Shown one piece after another: positions 60,694-64,000 of a stretch of DNA of 64,000 nt. The stretch spans positions 2,817 through 66,816 of the forward strand of contig CAZQQX010000006.1 of the NCBI GenBank assembly GCA_964595565.1, given 5' to 3'. The notes below the pieces were generated by a model. It was given only the letters and a program-made list of their open reading frames with translations, was not told where the DNA came from and made no database searches. Within the stretch, counting starts at the first letter, position 1. Every line of letters starts with the position of its first letter. The translations under genes and the position numbers were made by a program. The DNA comes from an uncultured Actinomycetota bacterium (lineage in GTDB: Bacteria > Actinomycetota > Humimicrobiia > Humimicrobiales > Humimicrobiaceae).

Positions 60694-61650
60694 ATGGCTA
60701 AAAAACTGCTGGTTGCGATTCCCGCATATAACGAGGAAGAAAAAATAGGCGAAGTAATACTGAACATTCCCAAAAAAATTAAGGGGATATCAAAAATCCA
60801 TGTCCTTGTTATTGATGACGGTTCCACAGATAAAACGGCAAAAATTGCTGCCGGCTCGGGTGCCGAAGTAATAAAGAACCACTATAATATGGGGTACGGA
60901 GTGGCATTCGGCAGAGCTCTTCAGTACGCTGTTGAAAATAACTTTGATTTAATGGTCAGTATTGACGGAGATTCACAATTCAATCCAGAAGACATACCCC
61001 TGCTCATTTACCCTATCATTAAAAACGAAGCTGATATGGTGACCGCCTCCCGTTTTATTGACAAAAAATACTATCCCGTTATGCCCCTGTCTAAATTCTG
61101 GGGAAATAAAATGATGTCTATTTTAATCAGCAAACTAATCGGGAAAAAATTTTATGATGTATCATGCGGCTTCAGGGCATATTCACAAAAAACCCTTCTT
61201 TCACTGAACCTGCATGGGAAATTTACTTTTTCCCAGGAAACATTTATTGACTTATCTTTTAAAGGAATCAAAATTATGGAGGTCCCCGTGAAGGTAAAAT
61301 ATTTTCCTTCACGTGTCTCAAAAATATCTTCCAACCTTTTCACATACGGTATAAATTCACTCAAAATAATTCTTGAAACTTACAGGGACCACAGGCCATT
61401 TACCTTTTTTTCATATATTGCCCTGTTCTTTTTTATAGTAAGCATCTTCTTCGGTTCTATTTTGCTGTACACTTATATTTCAATTGGCTCATTTCACCCG
61501 AATGTCTGGTCGGGATTTGTAGGAGGAACTTTCCTGTTCATTTCGGTAACTTTTTTTATTATAGGCATATCGGCAGATATAATTAAAAGAATCAGAGTTA
61601 ATCAGGAAGAAATTCTATACCTTTTAAAGAAAAATTCTCAAAGAAAATAA
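60694..61650 (+). CDS. polyprenyl-phosphate glycosyltransferase (GT2; ArnC/GtrB/DPM1-like) with C-terminal TM helices
   Basis: LLVAIPAYNEEEKIGEVI...IHVLVIDDGSTDKTAKIA...SIDGDSQ GT-A motifs followed by two C-terminal TM helices, the GtrB/ArnC architecture; transcribed divergently from the flippase pair. Confidence 0.8.
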   Translation: MAKKLLVAIPAYNEEEKIGEVILNIPKKIKGISKIHVLVIDDGSTDKTAKIAAGSGAEVIKNHYNMGYGVAFGRALQYAVENNFDLMVSIDGDSQFNPEDIPLLIYPIIKNEADMVTASRFIDKKYYPVMPLSKFWGNKMMSILISKLIGKKFYDVSCGFRAYSQKTLLSLNLHGKFTFSQETFIDLSFKGIKIMEVPVKVKYFPSRVSKISSNLFTYGINSLKIILETYRDHRPFTFFSYIALFFFIVSIFFGSILLYTYISIGSFHPNVWSGFVGGTFLFISVTFFIIGISADIIKRIRVNQEEILYLLKKNSQRK

Positions 61651-61915
61651 ACTGATAACCGGCTCCGGGCCATTTTTTTTGATAATTTAAGAAAGATAAT
61701 TATAGTGCTAAAAGTAGTATAATATTAAAGAATACTAATAAAACAGAGCTAACCTGTAAAATGAAAAGCGTTTTAATAATAAAAATTTTATTCTATTTAT
61801 TCTTTGCACTGGTTTTTATCTTTTCACTGATTATTTTTTTTGAGATAACAAACGTCAGCTTTTATAATTACCACTTAAAAGATTTTTTCCATAAAATTTT
61901 AAATATCCTAAATTT

Positions 61916-62932
61916 TTAAGCATCCCTGTCGTCTTCTTCCTTAAATTTTCTTTCAAAATAAGGCCTTACTATATACACAATCCCACCCACCAGTCCGATC
62001 AGAATTAGCATAAATAATATTAATAGAGAGCAAAGGGCAGCTTTCTCATTTACCACACCCATGGCAACCATAATAAAAACCAGTGAATTTTCCCTCAGGC
62101 CTATACCGCCGACAGAGATGGGAATCATAGCTATAGTTGACACCACCGGAACAATGAAAATAAATGCAGCAAGGCTGAGCTCAATTCCAAGAGCCCGGGC
62201 AGCCAGATACCAGTTCAATATAACAGCAAACTGGAGAAGGAAGCTATAGACTAAAACTTTTAAAAGCACTATTTTATGGTTTTTAAAACTCATAAGCGTG
62301 TTATAAGCGCTGGATAACTTTTCCTTTATTTTATTTATAAATCCGAACCTTTTTAAGAATTTGCCTATGCCAAAAATTGACGGTTTAATAATTATTAAAG
62401 CTATAATTACAACAATTACAAAAAAGATAACTATAGGAATTATCACAGGCTGATTCCCAATAGCGGTAAAACCTAAAAATAAGGCTGCTACAGCATAGAC
62501 AGACGCGCTTACCACACCGGAAAATCTTTCTACCAGAATTACAGAAGCCGATGAGCTTAAGGGAATTTTTGCCTTCTTTGAAGCATCAATAGTTCTGAAC
62601 ACATCGCCCCCTATACTGGTGGGCAAAAAATTATTAAAAAATAAACCTATAAGCACCGTAACACTTAAACTGGCTGTGCTTAGTTTCACATTCTGGGTAT
62701 CTAAAAGTGCTTTCCACCTTAATGCTGTTATCCAGGTGCCAAAAATATGAGTGGATAACGAAAGAAGAAGCAGAATTTTACTGGATGATTTTAAAATCTC
62801 AACTATACTGGAAAAATTTTTAAACTGTGTCTTAACCAGATAAAAAATCAGTAAAATACTGATTACAATTCTTAATGTCAGAAGTATTGATTTTCTATTC
62901 TTCTTATAGAAAGAAATAAACTTGTTCTTCAT
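61916..62932 (-). CDS. UPF0104 / lysylphosphatidylglycerol-synthase-TM-region-like flippase-like membrane protein
   Basis: Eight predicted TM helices; TALRWKALLDTQNV...FFNNFLPTSIGGDVFR matches the UPF0104 (MprF TM-domain-like) signature. Confidence 0.6.
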   Translation of the reverse strand: MKNKFISFYKKNRKSILLTLRIVISILLIFYLVKTQFKNFSSIVEILKSSSKILLLLSLSTHIFGTWITALRWKALLDTQNVKLSTASLSVTVLIGLFFNNFLPTSIGGDVFRTIDASKKAKIPLSSSASVILVERFSGVVSASVYAVAALFLGFTAIGNQPVIIPIVIFFVIVVIIALIIIKPSIFGIGKFLKRFGFINKIKEKLSSAYNTLMSFKNHKIVLLKVLVYSFLLQFAVILNWYLAARALGIELSLAAFIFIVPVVSTIAMIPISVGGIGLRENSLVFIMVAMGVVNEKAALCSLLILFMLILIGLVGGIVYIVRPYFERKFKEEDDRDA

Positions 62933-62955
62933 TTTATTATGCAGGTAAAATTTAA

Positions 62956-63699
62956 TTATTTTCTGGACTTTGTAACCTTCGCTGGCACCCCCGAGGCAAT
63001 ACAGTAAGGCGGGATATCTTTTGAGACTACAGCTCCTGCTCCGATTATAGTATCATTACCTATAGAAACCCCATCAAAAACTATAGCCCCTGCTCCTATC
63101 CAGCAATTCTCATCTACTTTTATACCATAGAATGTTTTTTTCTGCTCCGATACCGGGATATCCACCCTGGAATAGTCATGCCCTCCTCCAGTGATATAAA
63201 CATAGGCTGCAATTAAGGTATTTTCCCCTATAGCCACCCTGCTTCCCGAAAATATTTCACTATTAAACCCTATAACCACATTATCTCCGATGCTTATATC
63301 TCCATTTTTACAGCTCAGTATACTATTTCTACCGATAAATATATTTTTGCCCAGATTAATACCATTATTATCCAGCCCCTTGGCATCCAGAACGCAGTAG
63401 TCGTCTATCACAACATTATCATCAATAGTTATTTTATGGGGGTGCCTTACAGTTATTGATTTTCCAAAACTTACTCCCTTTCCCACCTTTTTAAATAACG
63501 CCGGATAAAATAAGTTCCTAAAAAAGATGCCGATGGCTCCGGGCATATCCTGGAAAAGAATGGTTATTATTTCGTATTTTAATAAGTTAAAAAAGCCTTT
63601 CTTTCCCACAAACAGGTCCACATACTTGGCAATTTTTGACTTTTTTCTGGAAAAAAGTTCTTTTTGTATCCTGTCTTCATATCTTTCTATTACAATCAA
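62956..63699 (-). CDS. hexapeptide-repeat (LbH) acetyltransferase, WcaF/NodL/LacA-like sugar O-acetyltransferase
   Basis: C-terminal IGDNVVIGFNSEIFSGSRVAIGENTLIAAYVYI...IGAGAIV hexapeptide repeats. Confidence 0.7.
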   Translation of the reverse strand: MIVIERYEDRIQKELFSRKKSKIAKYVDLFVGKKGFFNLLKYEIITILFQDMPGAIGIFFRNLFYPALFKKVGKGVSFGKSITVRHPHKITIDDNVVIDDYCVLDAKGLDNNGINLGKNIFIGRNSILSCKNGDISIGDNVVIGFNSEIFSGSRVAIGENTLIAAYVYITGGGHDYSRVDIPVSEQKKTFYGIKVDENCWIGAGAIVFDGVSIGNDTIIGAGAVVSKDIPPYCIASGVPAKVTKSRK

Positions 63700-64000
63700 C
63701 CCCCTTTATGCCTGAATTTGACTTTAAGTCAAACACCATGAAAATATCGGGCATAATATCCCGATTTTTTAAAAATAAAAATACCTTTTTCTAATATAAA
63801 CTTTTTTCAGCGTATATTTCTAAAATCCTTAAATGCTTCAATTCAAGATACCTGAAGCTTTAATTTATTTATTATAGCAAAAATATTTTATTTGCCCTGC
63901 AATTAATTATTTTTATTTAATTTAACATTAATATTTCTTACCTAACCGCCCAGATGCTCCCTTATAAATGCCCCCAGATACTCAAGAGGTACCCCGAGAA

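Noticed and set aside
63757-63790. ATCGGGcataatatCCCGAT hairpin plus T-run beyond the acetyltransferase gene as a terminator
   Set aside because: A plausible small terminator, but no plus-strand gene precedes it, and in the minus direction the U-tract is weak; it is too close to the window edge to interpret
1-64000. CRISPR arrays, insertion sequences/transposases, integrases, phage structural genes
   Set aside because: No regularly spaced direct repeats with unique spacers, no DDE/serine/tyrosine recombinase-like ORFs, and no phage-like proteins were found on reading either strand

Overview
This is a low-GC, Firmicutes-like chromosomal segment, with synteny hpf-secA-prfB and ftsE-ftsX-M23 peptidase-ctpA, and most genes lie on the minus strand. 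From 164 to about 19.5 kb the window holds housekeeping genes: yggS, ilvD, gpmA, a PfkB kinase, a ferredoxin-NADP reductase (FNR)-like oxidoreductase, and a plus-strand DNA-repair trio (Fpg/Nei, a standalone LigD 3'-phosphoesterase domain, DUF72). Next come two truncated gene fragments that abut the 3' end of a clearly recognisable tmRNA (ssrA, tag peptide ANDNELALAA) beside smpB. After these come ctpA, an EnvC/PcsB-like M23 peptidase, ftsX, ftsE, and prfB with the canonical +1 programmed frameshift (CTT TGA), which the ORF track splits. Then secA, hpf, csp and comFC. From about 20.2 to 29.5 kb there is a GDP-mannose/GDP-6-deoxyhexose precursor block, with mtnA and ahcY embedded in it. From 29.6 to 37.2 kb lie a GT2 gene and a trpEDCFBA operon that has no trpG, followed by a long perfect bidirectional terminator and an orphan Phd/YefM-like gene. 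The remaining roughly 26 kb (38.1 to 63.7 kb) is a large cell-envelope glycan locus with seven GT2/GT4 glycosyltransferases, including one 773-aa GT4-methyltransferase fusion. It contains two tandem copies of a convergent two-gene cassette (signal-anchored repeat-domain/PD40 beta-propeller protein plus a 4-TM protein), a DUF11-SGNH hydrolase and a NodB-family deacetylase lipoprotein. It also has a DUF2723/TMEM260-like GT-C membrane transferase, an ArnE/ArnF-like pair of small flippase subunits, a divergent ArnC/GtrB-like polyprenyl-phosphate GT2, a UPF0104 flippase-like protein and a hexapeptide acetyltransferase. The most interesting candidate system is this Arn-like, lipid-linked single-sugar glycosylation/deacetylation module. 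Its GT-C transferase and its extracytoplasmic deacetylase share an approximately 105-aa C-terminal domain at about 55% identity. No CRISPR array, IS element or prophage genes were seen.
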